The notes under the pieces: generated by a model
The model's database searches: none
What the model saw: only the letters and a program-made list of their open reading frames with translations
Told to the model about the DNA's origin: nothing
Position numbers and translations under genes: made by a program
Part shown: piece after piece, positions 27,367 through 38,219 of the stretch
Layout of the letters: each line of letters begins with the position of its first letter
Position numbering within the stretch: the stretch's first letter is position 1
NCBI GenBank assembly: GCA_051439425.1
Contig: JBFRWD010000163.1
Span: 1 to 41,230, forward strand
Origin: Synechococcus sp.
GTDB taxonomy: Bacteria > Cyanobacteriota > Cyanobacteriia > Thermostichales > PCC-7336
DNA length: 41,230 nt
Direction of reading: 5' to 3'

Positions 27367-27897
27367 CTAACGGCTTTGCACGTATCTCCCGGCCATAATC
27401 AACATGTCATTGATGTCTGTATCGCCATCTCCATCGGCATCTAAAAACGAACTGAGTACCGAGTTGCTGGCCAATCCATTGCCAGTAGTATTCTCCTGAC
27501 CTGTCTGCAGTAGGTTCATGACCAGCGGAATAGCAACGGGAAGCATCTGCATAATGACCGACGGATCCAAACCAGTCTGCGCAGCAGCTTCTTGAGCCAA
27601 TTCTTCTTGCTGTTCGCCGCTCAACAGCGCACTTACGACTGTTTCATCGGGCTGGGTACCGCTAAATTGCTGCACCAGATTCATAACGGTGTCATCACCA
27701 TCTGCTTGACGACGCTGCTGCAAACTAGATTTTAGATAGCGGCCTGCTAGCGCCATAACCATCTGCGAGCTTGACTGATTGCTTGTCCCTTGACCGCTAA
27801 GCTGACTCACGGCCTGAAGTATGCCCCCTAACTGATTGCTAGATGCTTGCTGATTGGGGTTTGTAATAGCACTCGCGACCAAGTCAAATAAACTCAT
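27367..27897 (-). CDS. DUF937-like protein (cyanobacterial)
   Basis: MSLFD...AI.NPNQQAS, TGLD...I..MLP..PLV.NLL, FLDADGDGDTDI.D. Confidence 0.75.
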   Translation of the reverse strand: MSLFDLVASAITNPNQQASSNQLGGILQAVSQLSGQGTSNQSSSQMVMALAGRYLKSSLQQRRQADGDDTVMNLVQQFSGTQPDETVVSALLSGEQQEELAQEAAAQTGLDPSVIMQMLPVAIPLVMNLLQTGQENTTGNGLASNSVLSSFLDADGDGDTDINDMLIMAGRYVQSR

Positions 27898-27984
27898 CTT
27901 TGCTGTTATCAATGCACTGGCAGTGAATGTACCACCCTCTCACCAGAAGGGGTTTGGCTTCGAACAATCTTCTGCAGATTGTCA

Positions 27985-29190
27985 TCAATCCGCCAAGTCT
28001 TCATTATTACTGTCACCCACTTCATTACCACTCGCTCGATCGTCAACACCATCCATGTGAGTCAACGTTGATTCACGATCGGCAGGGTCGCTCATTGGAC
28101 TCGGCAACTGCTGTGGGACGTCTGCGCCCGCAAGGTTTTGTGATGAGTTTTCTGCTAGTACCGGTTCAAGTCCACTATGCTGCCATCGATCGAGCACGTC
28201 GAGTACAACCACCTCTTTAATCCAAACTTGCATAACTGCAGCTAGAGGTAGGGCTAGGAATAGTCCTAAAAAGCCAAAAAAACTGGCAAAGAATAATTGG
28301 GCAAGCAAGATAAATCCAGGCAGTAGAGCAACTTGTCGTGACATGACCACTGGAGTTAGCACGGCACTTTCAACGTTCTGCAAAATGACGTACAGAATGA
28401 CAACTCCGATCGCTTTAAGCGGATCGACCGTAAGAGCAACCACGAGGGGAGGCAACACACTTAAGGTGGGGCCGATGTTGGGGATGAAATTCAGAATGCC
28501 GGCGATCGTGGCATGGGCAAGCACAAGTGGTACCCCAATCAGCCACAATCCCACGGCACTGAGGCTGGCAATAAAAATCGAGTTGATCGCAACACCAGTA
28601 CTCCATCCCCTCAATGCCCGATCGCACTGTTTGAGGATGTAGCGAATGCGAAGCCGATAAAACGCCGGAAAAATTCGCACAAAAGCATCCACATACGCAC
28701 TGGGATTCAGGAGCAGCAAAATTGTGAGAATAACCACCAGAAAAATGCTGATGGCAATATTGAGCGAGCTATTCAGAAACATCAACGACTGGGTTACAAA
28801 CTGAGTCGTTTGTGGAGACAGAGTATTGAACAAATCGCGTAAGTTTGGCAATTCGACTTCAGTGGGAAAGCGCTCTACTAACCGATCCGCTAATCCCTGA
28901 ACTTCCCCCAGCCCTTCTGGTATTAATGTCACGAGTTGGGCAATCTGCTCGATTAGAGGTGGAAACACCAATAGCCCGAGCAAGATCAAACCGAACAGAA
29001 CGGTCAGAAAGGCGATCGCGACTGAAGGGCCTCGCTTCCATCCGTACCGTTGTGGAACCCGCGCCAGTGTATCGATAGCTACTGCCAAAGCAATTCCAGC
29101 AAACAGCAGCATCATCAACTGCCGTACCTGCCAGAGCAAGTAGATCAACGTACACAGGGCAATCAGACCAGCCCATTGTGCAATCTTCAT
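27985..29190 (-). CDS. AI-2E (PerM/UPF0118) family transporter
   Basis: LNFIPNIGP, QNVES..LTP.VM, G.LGLFLALPL. Confidence 0.92.
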   Translation of the reverse strand: MKIAQWAGLIALCTLIYLLWQVRQLMMLLFAGIALAVAIDTLARVPQRYGWKRGPSVAIAFLTVLFGLILLGLLVFPPLIEQIAQLVTLIPEGLGEVQGLADRLVERFPTEVELPNLRDLFNTLSPQTTQFVTQSLMFLNSSLNIAISIFLVVILTILLLLNPSAYVDAFVRIFPAFYRLRIRYILKQCDRALRGWSTGVAINSIFIASLSAVGLWLIGVPLVLAHATIAGILNFIPNIGPTLSVLPPLVVALTVDPLKAIGVVILYVILQNVESAVLTPVVMSRQVALLPGFILLAQLFFASFFGFLGLFLALPLAAVMQVWIKEVVVLDVLDRWQHSGLEPVLAENSSQNLAGADVPQQLPSPMSDPADRESTLTHMDGVDDRASGNEVGDSNNEDLAD

Positions 29191-29428
29191 CCGGCTCCCT
29201 ATTGGTCAGACTCTGCCTTTATTAATAGGTGAATTTTATTGATTCGGGGAGCCATGCGAGTAATCCTCCTCCAATCTGCACACATGCCTAGAGGAATCAA
29301 GACACTTGCTTGCAACAGTGGAGATAGCTTAGGTGCAACGAAAGGGCTGGTTGGTAGCGATCGCCACGCAACGGACAAACAGGAGACAGAATGCGAAACG
29401 TACGGAGCTAGTTAGCCTGAGTACGTTA

Positions 29429-29610
29429 GCCCTGAAGCACATCAGATTCACCCGAAAAAAGAGACCTACGGCTATTGGCAACGAGACGAGCAACAGCGAC
29501 AAGCGTTCCGAATCCAACTGTCAACCCTGACACCAGAGCAGGTGGTGTGTGCCGATGAATCAGGCATGGATAATCGGGCAGATTACCGCTACGGTTACGC
29601 CTTTAAAGGG
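29429..29610 (+). mobile_element. IS630-family transposase remnant
   Basis: ALKHIRFTRKK, then -1 frame across A6G (29455-29461): ETYGYWQRDEQQRQAF...VVCADESG.DNR..YRYGY..KG, typical of the IS630 frameshift junction and first catalytic Asp (DESG). Confidence 0.8.
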
Positions 29611-29742
29611 GACCAACCATGTTCTCAGATCAAGCAAGCGTGAAGGAGCTTCAACGACACCATCAGAAAATAGGTGCTTTGTCTAACAGAAATCAGAGAC
29701 ATATAGAATTGTTTTAGTCTTCGGCTGCTGTAGTTCGTCGAT

Positions 29743-31170
29743 ATGCACAAAAGTCATTTGCCTGTGTTTATTTTTGGGGTCTCAGGTGCCACATGGAAGG
29801 TACTAGATCCCATGCTGAAAGCTGGCCAACTTCCCAATCTCCAGAAGTTGTGTGAACAGGGGAGTTTAGGGACGTTACTCTCTGTGCGTGCTGAAGGAGA
29901 CAAGCACTACAGACCCCAGGTGGCATGGCCCACGATTGCAACCGGAACGCACCCAACAAAACATGGAGTCACCCGTTTCTTCCATACGGCAAACGATCTC
30001 AAGGTTCCTGCCCTTTGGGATAAGTATCTGGAACAGGGATATCGCATTGGATTGTACGGATGGCCTATGACTTGGCCTCCCCCCCACGTGAATGGATTTA
30101 TTATTCCGTCTCATCACGGTCGCGATTCTCAAACTTGGCCGCCAGATCTTGCCTCAATCAAAGCATTAGATAGATGGCAACAATCTTCGGAAAGAGATGG
30201 CAAATCGATTACGTCTGCTTCAAAGGCATCCCGTATATTAACGAGCTTGGTCCGCAATGGATTACAGCCAAAAACCACCTTAGCCATAGGAAAATTATTA
30301 GCTCAATTCATAGCTTCAGGATCGGTGGAGGAAAAATCCCTCCTTTTAAGACATATAAAACTTGAAATTAGCACAGACTTTTATCTAAAACTATTCAAAC
30401 AATACCAGCCAGACTTTAGTTCGTTTGTGACATTCCTAGCAGATTTAAGTTCGCATCGTTGTTGGTGTTACTATAAGCCCGAAGTTTATCCAAAACAAAC
30501 GACTCCTTCTTCATCTTGGCTAAGTCATTCTATTGAAGAGGCTTACAAAAGAATCGATCGCTGCATGGGGCGAATTCTGTCAGCTATTCCTTCAGACTCC
30601 ATTGTTGCTTTTATTTCAGAGCATGGTATGTCGCCGGAGCCGGTGTCTGCTGAAGTGGGCTCTAGTCGGTATGTCATCAAGGGAAAAAAGCTAGCAGAAC
30701 TTGTCGGCTTGAGTGAATCACTAGAAGCTTGTCCTGTCGCCCGTTGGATAGCGTTTCGACCAAAATCAGCAGCTCGAACCACTGCAGATATGGCCAAACG
30801 ATTTAAAAATATAGTCGTTGCCGAGAGCAAACTACCTCTGTTTCAAGTATACCATCACCGTGATGAGATCGTTGTTAAATTCAAAATAGATCGAAATATT
30901 CCTACGTATCAGCAAGGAGATCTTGAAAAACTGACTATTCTCTACGAAGATAAGCGCCTTCCATTTCTGGAGATTGCCCGTCCACTTGGGCCCTGCCGTT
31001 CAGCAATGCACGATCGAGAAGGGGTAGTCATTCTTCGCGGCCCAGGAATTAAGTCTAACTATCATATTCAGAATAGTACATTAGTGGATATTTTTCCGAC
31101 AATTTTAAAAGTAACAAATATGCCCTCTCAAGACGGTCTTGAAGGTAAAGTTCTTGACGTATTCCTTTAG
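29743..31170 (+). CDS. Alkaline phosphatase / type I phosphodiesterase superfamily protein
   Basis: GATW..LDP....G.LPNL, AW.TIATG..P.KHGV, SEHG, H...G...L.GPGI, L.DI.PTIL. Confidence 0.8.
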   Translation: MHKSHLPVFIFGVSGATWKVLDPMLKAGQLPNLQKLCEQGSLGTLLSVRAEGDKHYRPQVAWPTIATGTHPTKHGVTRFFHTANDLKVPALWDKYLEQGYRIGLYGWPMTWPPPHVNGFIIPSHHGRDSQTWPPDLASIKALDRWQQSSERDGKSITSASKASRILTSLVRNGLQPKTTLAIGKLLAQFIASGSVEEKSLLLRHIKLEISTDFYLKLFKQYQPDFSSFVTFLADLSSHRCWCYYKPEVYPKQTTPSSSWLSHSIEEAYKRIDRCMGRILSAIPSDSIVAFISEHGMSPEPVSAEVGSSRYVIKGKKLAELVGLSESLEACPVARWIAFRPKSAARTTADMAKRFKNIVVAESKLPLFQVYHHRDEIVVKFKIDRNIPTYQQGDLEKLTILYEDKRLPFLEIARPLGPCRSAMHDREGVVILRGPGIKSNYHIQNSTLVDIFPTILKVTNMPSQDGLEGKVLDVFL

Positions 31171-31190
31171 GCAAACTCACTTTATTGATT

Positions 31191-31880
31191 ATGAAGCATA
31201 AGAAGTTAATGGTTACTGGGTGTGGCCGCAGTGGGACGAGATATGTAACAACCTTACTCAGACTAGTTGGAGTGAAAGTCAGGCATGAACATATCGGAAA
31301 AGATGGCATTGTGTCTTGGTGTGGTGCCGTTGAAACTGAGGTTGTACCTTGGGGTGACTCAATTGCTGGCATTCAGTTTGAATATATCTTTCATCAAGTT
31401 CGTCACCCATTAAAGGTGATCGATTCTTTATCGACGTTCAATGATAGATCTTGGGATTTTATTTGTCGCCATACTCCCTGCACGATGGATGACTCGATAC
31501 TAATACGTAGCGCCAAATACTGGTATTTCTGGAATATTATGGCTGAGGAGAAGGCGAGCATTTCTTATCAGATAGAAAACCTTCCAGTATTATTAAGCAT
31601 TTTCAATAATCATCTAGAACTTAACAAGTCGCTTGATTTTTTGGAGACGCTACCGAGATCTATCAATACGAGAAATTATGGGAAGCTAGTTCATTACTAT
31701 GAGGAAATATGTGACATTTTTTGTGTACCCCCTAATCCGAAAGTACAGAAAGTCTTGTCCAAGAAACCTCCTGTAGACATTGAATTGAACCGAGGCTTCA
31801 CATGGAATGACTTGAAAGGCATAGATTCTGATTTGCATGACAGAATCAGAGAGAAAGCACAAGAGTATGGCTACGATTAA
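31191..31880 (+). CDS. Sulfotransferase-like protein
   Basis: TGCGRSGTRY (5'-PSB-like) and HQVRHPLKVIDS (3'-PB-like). Confidence 0.65.
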   Translation: MKHKKLMVTGCGRSGTRYVTTLLRLVGVKVRHEHIGKDGIVSWCGAVETEVVPWGDSIAGIQFEYIFHQVRHPLKVIDSLSTFNDRSWDFICRHTPCTMDDSILIRSAKYWYFWNIMAEEKASISYQIENLPVLLSIFNNHLELNKSLDFLETLPRSINTRNYGKLVHYYEEICDIFCVPPNPKVQKVLSKKPPVDIELNRGFTWNDLKGIDSDLHDRIREKAQEYGYD

Positions 31881-32087
31881 GCGCGCATGGGGAATCGATT
31901 GACATATATCCTGCCAACAATTGCCTCATTGATATTTTGATGGTGCAGATTGTGCAATATGACAGATGCAGAGACTTTACTTTAGCAAACCTCTATAAGC
32001 CTAGAAGCTGATGATAACGTTATTCTCTACAAAGCGAGAACACAGCTGTAAGAACTCTACCTAACGATTTTTATAATATACAGCCTT

Positions 32088-32354
32088 TCAGTGGGTATAT
32101 GAAGTAAGTCTGGCGAAGGTATTGTTTTGCTCTCTATCGTGAAGCATCAATTGTTGTGTAGCCTCCAAAAAGAGGAGCCCTCCTAGAATTAATATTCTCT
32201 TTACAGACTTACTGTGTTTGGGCATTTTCAGAAAAATGTACTTCACAGACGGCAGAGCTGGAAAAATAAAATACTCAAACAATAGTGTTTTAGGCCCCAT
32301 TTGTGCAAGGCACTTTTCTTCCACAACTAAATCTTTGAGTGAATGAATGCTCAA
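32088..32354 (-). pseudogene. Possible degraded sulfotransferase fragment
   Basis: KYIFLKMPKHSKSVKRIL...HDRE loosely resembles a Sulfotransfer_2 N-terminus; stops in all frames downstream. Confidence 0.3.
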
Positions 32355-32931
32355 GCTGATTCAGTATGACTTCTCTGAAATCAAGTAAGCTCATTCTCAC
32401 GTCAAGCCACTAATGCGTTGGCTTATACGACTCTAGTTCCCAAATGCCCGAACCGGATGAGAAACAAGCATATAAGTCTAGTATGCGATCGCTCTATTAG
32501 AGCTGCGTTGTAGAGTAAATCTTATAATATCTCTAGACCTTACCAGGACTGACCATAAGGGAATCCCTCTAATAACATACAAAAAAACTGAAACCCTTAT
32601 GGGGCAAGAGGTAAAAAATCGTTTACAAATTAGCTGCTAGTCCCATTTTTTACTTGACACTGATCGTTCTTCTCTGTGAGAATATAGCATGAATCATCTA
32701 GGTTACCCTAGTGAAAGCAAACGTTTCTTGCGGGAAAAGCTTGCTTTGAATCGTTGTGGTCATTGGTGCTACTTCATTTGGAGTAATGACCTTTGCGACT
32801 AAGTGCGAACATGCTGTCCTTTTTTTCTCCAGGCTAAGTATCATCCTGGAGTATATTTGAATCGCGTTTTCTACTCTTTTAGATAAGTTTTAAACGTCGC
32901 CTCTTAATATGTCTTTTATAGGGGGTTAGAA

Positions 32932-33384
32932 ATGAATCTACTGCTTGCTTGTACATCTGGGGGTCATTTTTCAACCATGTATAGGCTGAAGGCGTTCTGG
33001 GAACAGCACGAACGCGTATGGGTTAGCGACCCTCGTTGTAACATCAAACATTTGGATCGATACAATGAAAAAGTCTACTGTTTGCCCTTTCAAGCTCCAA
33101 GAGATTTATATGCACTCTTGCTAAATATCCCCCGCATATTTTTAATTGTACTAAATGAGAACCCCGATTTGGTCATTTCAACAGGTGCAAGTCTGGCAGT
33201 TGGATTTGCTATAGTATCCAAACTATTTTGGAAAAAATTCATTTATATAGAAAGTTTATCTCGCAGTACAGATCTTAGTTTGTCAGGAAAGCTGGTTTAC
33301 TATCTGGCCGATGAATTCTACGTGCAGCACCCGAGTCTATGCGAGAAGTACCCTAGAGCAAAGTTTAAAGGTTACGTCCTTTGA
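32932..33384 (+). CDS. Alg14/PssD/Cps14F-like glycosyltransferase subunit
   Basis: CTSGGH, PDLVISTGASLAV, IYIES..R...LSLSGKLVY..AD.FYVQ. Confidence 0.9.
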   Translation: MNLLLACTSGGHFSTMYRLKAFWEQHERVWVSDPRCNIKHLDRYNEKVYCLPFQAPRDLYALLLNIPRIFLIVLNENPDLVISTGASLAVGFAIVSKLFWKKFIYIESLSRSTDLSLSGKLVYYLADEFYVQHPSLCEKYPRAKFKGYVL

Positions 33385-33500
33385 TAGCGTTCGTATTGAG
33401 TTAGTCTGAACGCTCTAAGCATGATCGTTTGCATTCAATATGTAGTTAAGACATTCAATGGCCTATTTCTTTCTTAGATTCTCTGACTAATTGAACATTA

Positions 33501-33992
33501 CTAATCTCCATAAAAACGATTCAAGTGATCGGCTAGCTTCTCTTCACCAAAAAGAGTTCCGTTAAACCGCTGTGGAGGTTGAACGATATACTTTTCTAGT
33601 TGTTCAGATGTTGTACAACTGACTATTCCGTAGCGCTTGACTAAATTAGCAAATAGAACTTGATGGTTGTCGATGTGCTCTTCGTAGCGACTCTGCCTCG
33701 GCACAATAACAAAGCGAGCTGAGCGGTTTGCCAATTCAATCGTTAGTCCTTGACCGGCATGAGAAATAATAAGATCGGATTCTTGAAAAAGTAGCTGCAT
33801 CTCCTCTCGCGGTAGGAAAACGGAAACTCCCACCCAAGAATGGCATTGAATTGAGCCTGGCACTGGAGTGCTGCCATGCTGTATGAATAAGCCAACTTCT
33901 TCTGTAATCAAATCTTTCTCAATATAAGTACTTATCCATTCCAGTAAACGGGGATATGGATAAGGACAAGTTCCAAGAGTCACCAGTATCAT
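33501..33992 (-). CDS. Alg13/PssE/Cps14G-like glycosyltransferase subunit
   Basis: MILVTLGT...Y.RL, IQHG, IISHAGQG, IVPR...EEHIDNHQ. Confidence 0.9.
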   Translation of the reverse strand: MILVTLGTCPYPYPRLLEWISTYIEKDLITEEVGLFIQHGSTPVPGSIQCHSWVGVSVFLPREEMQLLFQESDLIISHAGQGLTIELANRSARFVIVPRQSRYEEHIDNHQVLFANLVKRYGIVSCTTSEQLEKYIVQPPQRFNGTLFGEEKLADHLNRFYGD

Positions 33993-34619
33993 TGCCTTTC
34001 ATTTCCTAGCTTAATCTCAATTAGAATTAAGCCCGAGTAAATAATATTAGTTTCGCTGAAAAGAAAAGATGCCTAGCAATTCACTATCAAAGCCAGTACG
34101 CTGGAAAGTCTTAGTATCATAATACGTCGTATATTCATCGTCATCCTAGTACCTCACAGTATAAAAGGGAAAACCTTAATCAGTATAAACAAGATCTCTC
34201 TGTATGAGATTAAACACCTCTGCTTCCAGCCCTATACGTATAATGAGGATTCATTCTGACTGGCTCAGTGTTTTGGAGAGTCGCGATAAGTACAGTAAGC
34301 GGATAGTTTGTTGTGACTGCACTCTAGCTCCGCAAGAAGAGTATAGTTAAATACAGTATTCGCTGTTGTTGCTAGAGAACGAATTCCATTTTCAATCAGG
34401 TTAAACGTAGCTGAAGTAGTCTCGATGTTACGGCCACGGCTATACCAAATGCTAGGTAATTACGTCGAGATTCTCTCTAGCTGCTGATGTCCATTTATAT
34501 CGATTGAAAGTCACGTCCGATTTCAGACGTATTAGGATTTCTGATATCATCCCTAAGTCCTTTTGTCTTGGCTATGACATAAACTGCAACAGTTCCAATG
34601 GGTTTGAGCATACTAAGAA

Positions 34620-35489
34620 CTATTTAAAAAGATAAGACCATTCTGTATCCGAAAACATATCCTTTAGCTCAGAATAATTAGATATCACTTCGGATAGCGC
34701 GCGTTTTTGTTGTATGCAAGTGTGTACCTCTAAGTCTAGAGGTGAAACTCCAATGAAATTTTGAATTCTTTTCAAGCTGTAGTTCATATCGCCGACAACT
34801 TCTTCATAGCTAATTCTCAGCATTTGATTGTTTTTGCATCGATCAAGAGTATATAGATCTAGTTCCTTACGACGCTCGAATGCTTTCAGGCACTTTTTGA
34901 AGTCAAGCCTTACATTTTTTTCTTTTCGATTGATCGTTTGCTTTTGTGCAACACTATTCCCTTTTCTGACACCCCAAACACCTGTTTCTCTCGCTAAGAC
35001 ATAGGACGTATAGTAAGCGAGCAGATCGTCTCGAGTTAGATGGATGATTTTAATATCAGGGTGAGATTCGATCCATTTCCAAACCGATAGCATATTTGGA
35101 AAATCAAGTTGTTCGGGAAACAGCTTAAATCCCATAGCTTTGATGTCATCAGGATAACCTGCAAATATCTGTTTCTCAAGGAAGTCAATAGGGTATTGCT
35201 TTCGAAAATAATACATCTTCCTAGAGCGATCGTCATACCCTTCTTGTTTAAACTGGACAAACCAAGGCAGAAATATTTCAGCGAATCTGAAAACGTTTGG
35301 ATGCTTCTGTAAGGTATTGATGACTACTGATGAGGCAGATCGATAATGAGAAATAAGGATAAACTTCTGGTAGTCCTTATTATTACCTCGACATCGATCT
35401 GGAATGTCTACCGATTTAGATGGATCTAGGTTTGAATAGAAGATTGCTTCTTCGACTGTTTCATATATTGACCTAATAATGTTTTTCAT
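34620..35489 (-). CDS. Sulfotransferase (NodH/Stf0-like)
   Basis: RSASS...TL..HP......EIF, GFKLF, KIIHLTR.DLL..Y.S...A..TG.W, ISYEE, I.NY.EL. Confidence 0.8.
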   Translation of the reverse strand: MKNIIRSIYETVEEAIFYSNLDPSKSVDIPDRCRGNNKDYQKFILISHYRSASSVVINTLQKHPNVFRFAEIFLPWFVQFKQEGYDDRSRKMYYFRKQYPIDFLEKQIFAGYPDDIKAMGFKLFPEQLDFPNMLSVWKWIESHPDIKIIHLTRDDLLAYYTSYVLARETGVWGVRKGNSVAQKQTINRKEKNVRLDFKKCLKAFERRKELDLYTLDRCKNNQMLRISYEEVVGDMNYSLKRIQNFIGVSPLDLEVHTCIQQKRALSEVISNYSELKDMFSDTEWSYLFK

Positions 35490-35720
35490 TGGCCTCTATT
35501 GACGATCGGACTTTTTCTTTAAGTATAACTTTTGTTGCAGCAATGGAATCCTTTTGGGCCAATCAAAATATGAATGGAGTGCTACTCGTAAAGGCTATGA
35601 ATAAAAGAACTAGAGCTACACTCTCTACTTTTACAGGCTCTCTAGAGGCGAAATAATGACTGAAACTTATGACATTCTTTCTTGTCAAATTTACATATTC
35701 ACTGGCGACTCTCCGACGCA

Positions 35721-36413
35721 TTAGGTCACCGGCAACCCGCTGAGGAATTCTGCCTGAATTGTTTCAGCGTGTTTAACGATTTTCTTATACCAACGTAGGG
35801 TGATTTCCTTTTGTTCCCGTTCCGATAGCTGCCAATTTAAGGATGATGCTCTCAATTTACGGGTGAGGTCGTATAGGCAAATGGCGGCGCTCACCGATAG
35901 GTTAAAGCTCTCGGTGAAGCCGTACATAGGAATAGCCAAAGCGCGATCGGCGTGTTCTAGAGCATAGTCGCTAACCCCCTCTAACTCGTTACCGAAGACT
36001 AATGCGACTTTGTCGGTGACATCCACATTAGGAAGAAGAGTACTATTCGTATGCGGTGTCGTGGCGTAGATGGTGTAGCCCTCTGCTTGTAAGCGATTGA
36101 AGCAGACCTCGGTGTTATTAATTCCGTCCTGTTTTCGGTAGCGAATCAGATCCACCCACTTGGAGGCTCCTCGGGTTACCGCTGGGTTCACATCATACTC
36201 GTAGCGGTTTTCGACCACATGGAAGTCTTGAACCCCATAGCAATCGCAACTACGGACAACAGCACTAGCATTATGTGGCTTTAATATATCTTCCACCACC
36301 ACCGTGATGTGTCGTGTCCGTTCTGCCAGCACCTCAGCCATGCGATCGCGCTTGTGTTCTGTCACAAATTGCGCAAAAAACTCAAGTAAGGCATCTAAGG
36401 TGCGATCGTCCAT
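35721..36413 (-). CDS. trmH: SpoU/TrmH-family tRNA 2'-O-methyltransferase
   Basis: PHNASAVVRSCD, GASKW, VFGNELEGVS, IPMYGFTESFNLSVSAA. Confidence 0.88.
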   Translation of the reverse strand: MDDRTLDALLEFFAQFVTEHKRDRMAEVLAERTRHITVVVEDILKPHNASAVVRSCDCYGVQDFHVVENRYEYDVNPAVTRGASKWVDLIRYRKQDGINNTEVCFNRLQAEGYTIYATTPHTNSTLLPNVDVTDKVALVFGNELEGVSDYALEHADRALAIPMYGFTESFNLSVSAAICLYDLTRKLRASSLNWQLSEREQKEITLRWYKKIVKHAETIQAEFLSGLPVT

Positions 36414-36532
36414 AAGGCTTTGGTAGCGGCAAGGCTATCAGTAGAAGCTGGCAGAGGGATGGGCTTTAAGCATAAAACAGTTCGGATCCTTCTTGGCATT
36501 TTGCCTCAAACGGCTTGCAGCATGTTGTACCG

Positions 36533-37321
36533 CTACTTCAGTCCCATAACTAAGCAAATTGCAGAAATTACTGCGCAAATTGCTGCCCCAAAGAGAAAGG
36601 CTTTTCCTGATTTTCCAGCGTCTTGCTGCAGTTGTTCTTCACTTTTAACGCTAACAATCATTGGGCCATTGGCAGGTTTCTTGATGGCGAGTTGATGCAT
36701 GCTTCCTGAGGCTTCACCCAATACGTAAATGTCGCGATTCGTAGGAATCACCTCTTCAGTAAATCGATACCCAAGTGTTCTGGAACCGCCGCCAAGATTA
36801 AATCCACCAATGTTGATATCTAAATTGAAGCTGCCCATTGATAGCCTCGATCGCGCTGAGCCCTCCGGCTCAAACCGTTCTACAACTTTCTCGGCGATGA
36901 GTTGAGCCCCTTCGGGACGCACTTGGATTTTGCCGGTGGTGTCTTGCACGAAGAATGGAAGCGATCGCTTATTTTGAGATACGGTCTGGCTACGGGTACG
37001 AGTCGTCCGACGACGATTTCCGTCAGAATCGGTTTCATAGTCCTCCTCTTCATATTCCCGTTCCACTTTCATGGAGTAGTAGACGCATTCCATCTGGCTC
37101 AGCTCCGAAACCAAAGGATTGTCTGCTACGACTGTTCCTTTTACTTCCGTCAGGTACGACAGCGCACTACCACTTAAGTCACTGGCCATTGATTCCAAAA
37201 ATTCGACGGTGGACGTCTCGGTCGCCGCCATTAAGCCCGCCCGCTTCTTTGCTCTGGTGGCTCCGTATGCCAGCCCTGCCGCTATCAGCACGAAAATGCC
37301 TGCCGCAATCAACCAACCCAT
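36533..37321 (-). CDS. GIDE-domain membrane protein
   Basis: N- and C-terminal TM helices, PL.SELS...CVYY, F.V.D.TG.I.V.P, GYRF.E.VIP....YVLG. Confidence 0.75.
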   Translation of the reverse strand: MGWLIAAGIFVLIAAGLAYGATRAKKRAGLMAATETSTVEFLESMASDLSGSALSYLTEVKGTVVADNPLVSELSQMECVYYSMKVEREYEEEDYETDSDGNRRRTTRTRSQTVSQNKRSLPFFVQDTTGKIQVRPEGAQLIAEKVVERFEPEGSARSRLSMGSFNLDINIGGFNLGGGSRTLGYRFTEEVIPTNRDIYVLGEASGSMHQLAIKKPANGPMIVSVKSEEQLQQDAGKSGKAFLFGAAICAVISAICLVMGLK

Positions 37322-37486
37322 AGTGACTCGAAATCAACAGCCGTTCTGGAGCAACTGTGTCAAAAATTTGGCCAATTGGGACTGAACAATCGCGGTTCTC
37401 AACGAACTGCAATAGTTGTCAAAATAATCCGAGGCGATCGCAGAGTCATGTATAGTCCCGAGCCAATCGTTATTCCGCCCGACGGC

Positions 37487-37996
37487 CTAAAACAACTCTC
37501 CCTGCAGGCTGGGAAGGATGGGGCGTTCTTGTTGATAGAGCTTCTGCTTCTCGACCTCCGGCATTTCAATGCTGTACCACCAGCGCTTCAGTTCTGGCAC
37601 AAGTTGCACCCAGCTCAACACTTTCGGCTCGGCGACCCCTTTGTGATTGAGCAGCTCCACCACGTAGCAAGCAGAGTGCTTACCCGCAATGTCGGGAATG
37701 AGGCGCTTACCAATGCGACGCCAACTGGGCTGTTTGCCGCGCCAATCGAGGGAGCAACTGGGCCACGGTAGCTGCTCGCGATCGTAGAGCAAACACACCG
37801 GGCCACCAACAACTCGATAAATAAACTGACCGCCAGGACTGGCAAAGACATCTCCATCCTTGAGCAGCTCGCTCCCGAGCTGGCGGCGAGATTTGTAGTT
37901 GTGCTGCAAGCACACACTTTTTGCACGCAACCGTTTGGAGGGAAACGCCGGAAGCTTTGGCGAAAAGTAGCTCAACCAGTCTGGCTTTGCAGTCAT
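37487..37996 (-). CDS. Hypothetical protein (likely start ATG 37996)
   Basis: 169-aa ORF co-oriented with neighbours, with a Trp-rich core (YDREQLPWPSCSLDWRGKQPSWRRIG). Confidence 0.65.
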   Translation of the reverse strand: MTAKPDWLSYFSPKLPAFPSKRLRAKSVCLQHNYKSRRQLGSELLKDGDVFASPGGQFIYRVVGGPVCLLYDREQLPWPSCSLDWRGKQPSWRRIGKRLIPDIAGKHSACYVVELLNHKGVAEPKVLSWVQLVPELKRWWYSIEMPEVEKQKLYQQERPILPSLQGELF

Positions 37997-38219
37997 GGGT
38001 GGGTTCTCTGACGAGCTGCGAGTGTTGCCGTCCAATTGGTAGTCCCTCAGAACCGGTGGAAGTGCGCGTTGAGTGCTGGCAAAAATGTCACAGCAAATTG
38101 AGGAAAGCAAAGAATGCCTGGGAAGCCGATATGCGTAAGCTACTACAGATTGTTCACACGGTCACTCTGCTCGCAACTAAACAATCCTCTCGCGGGGATG
38201 TTTCTTTCCGGGCAACAGT

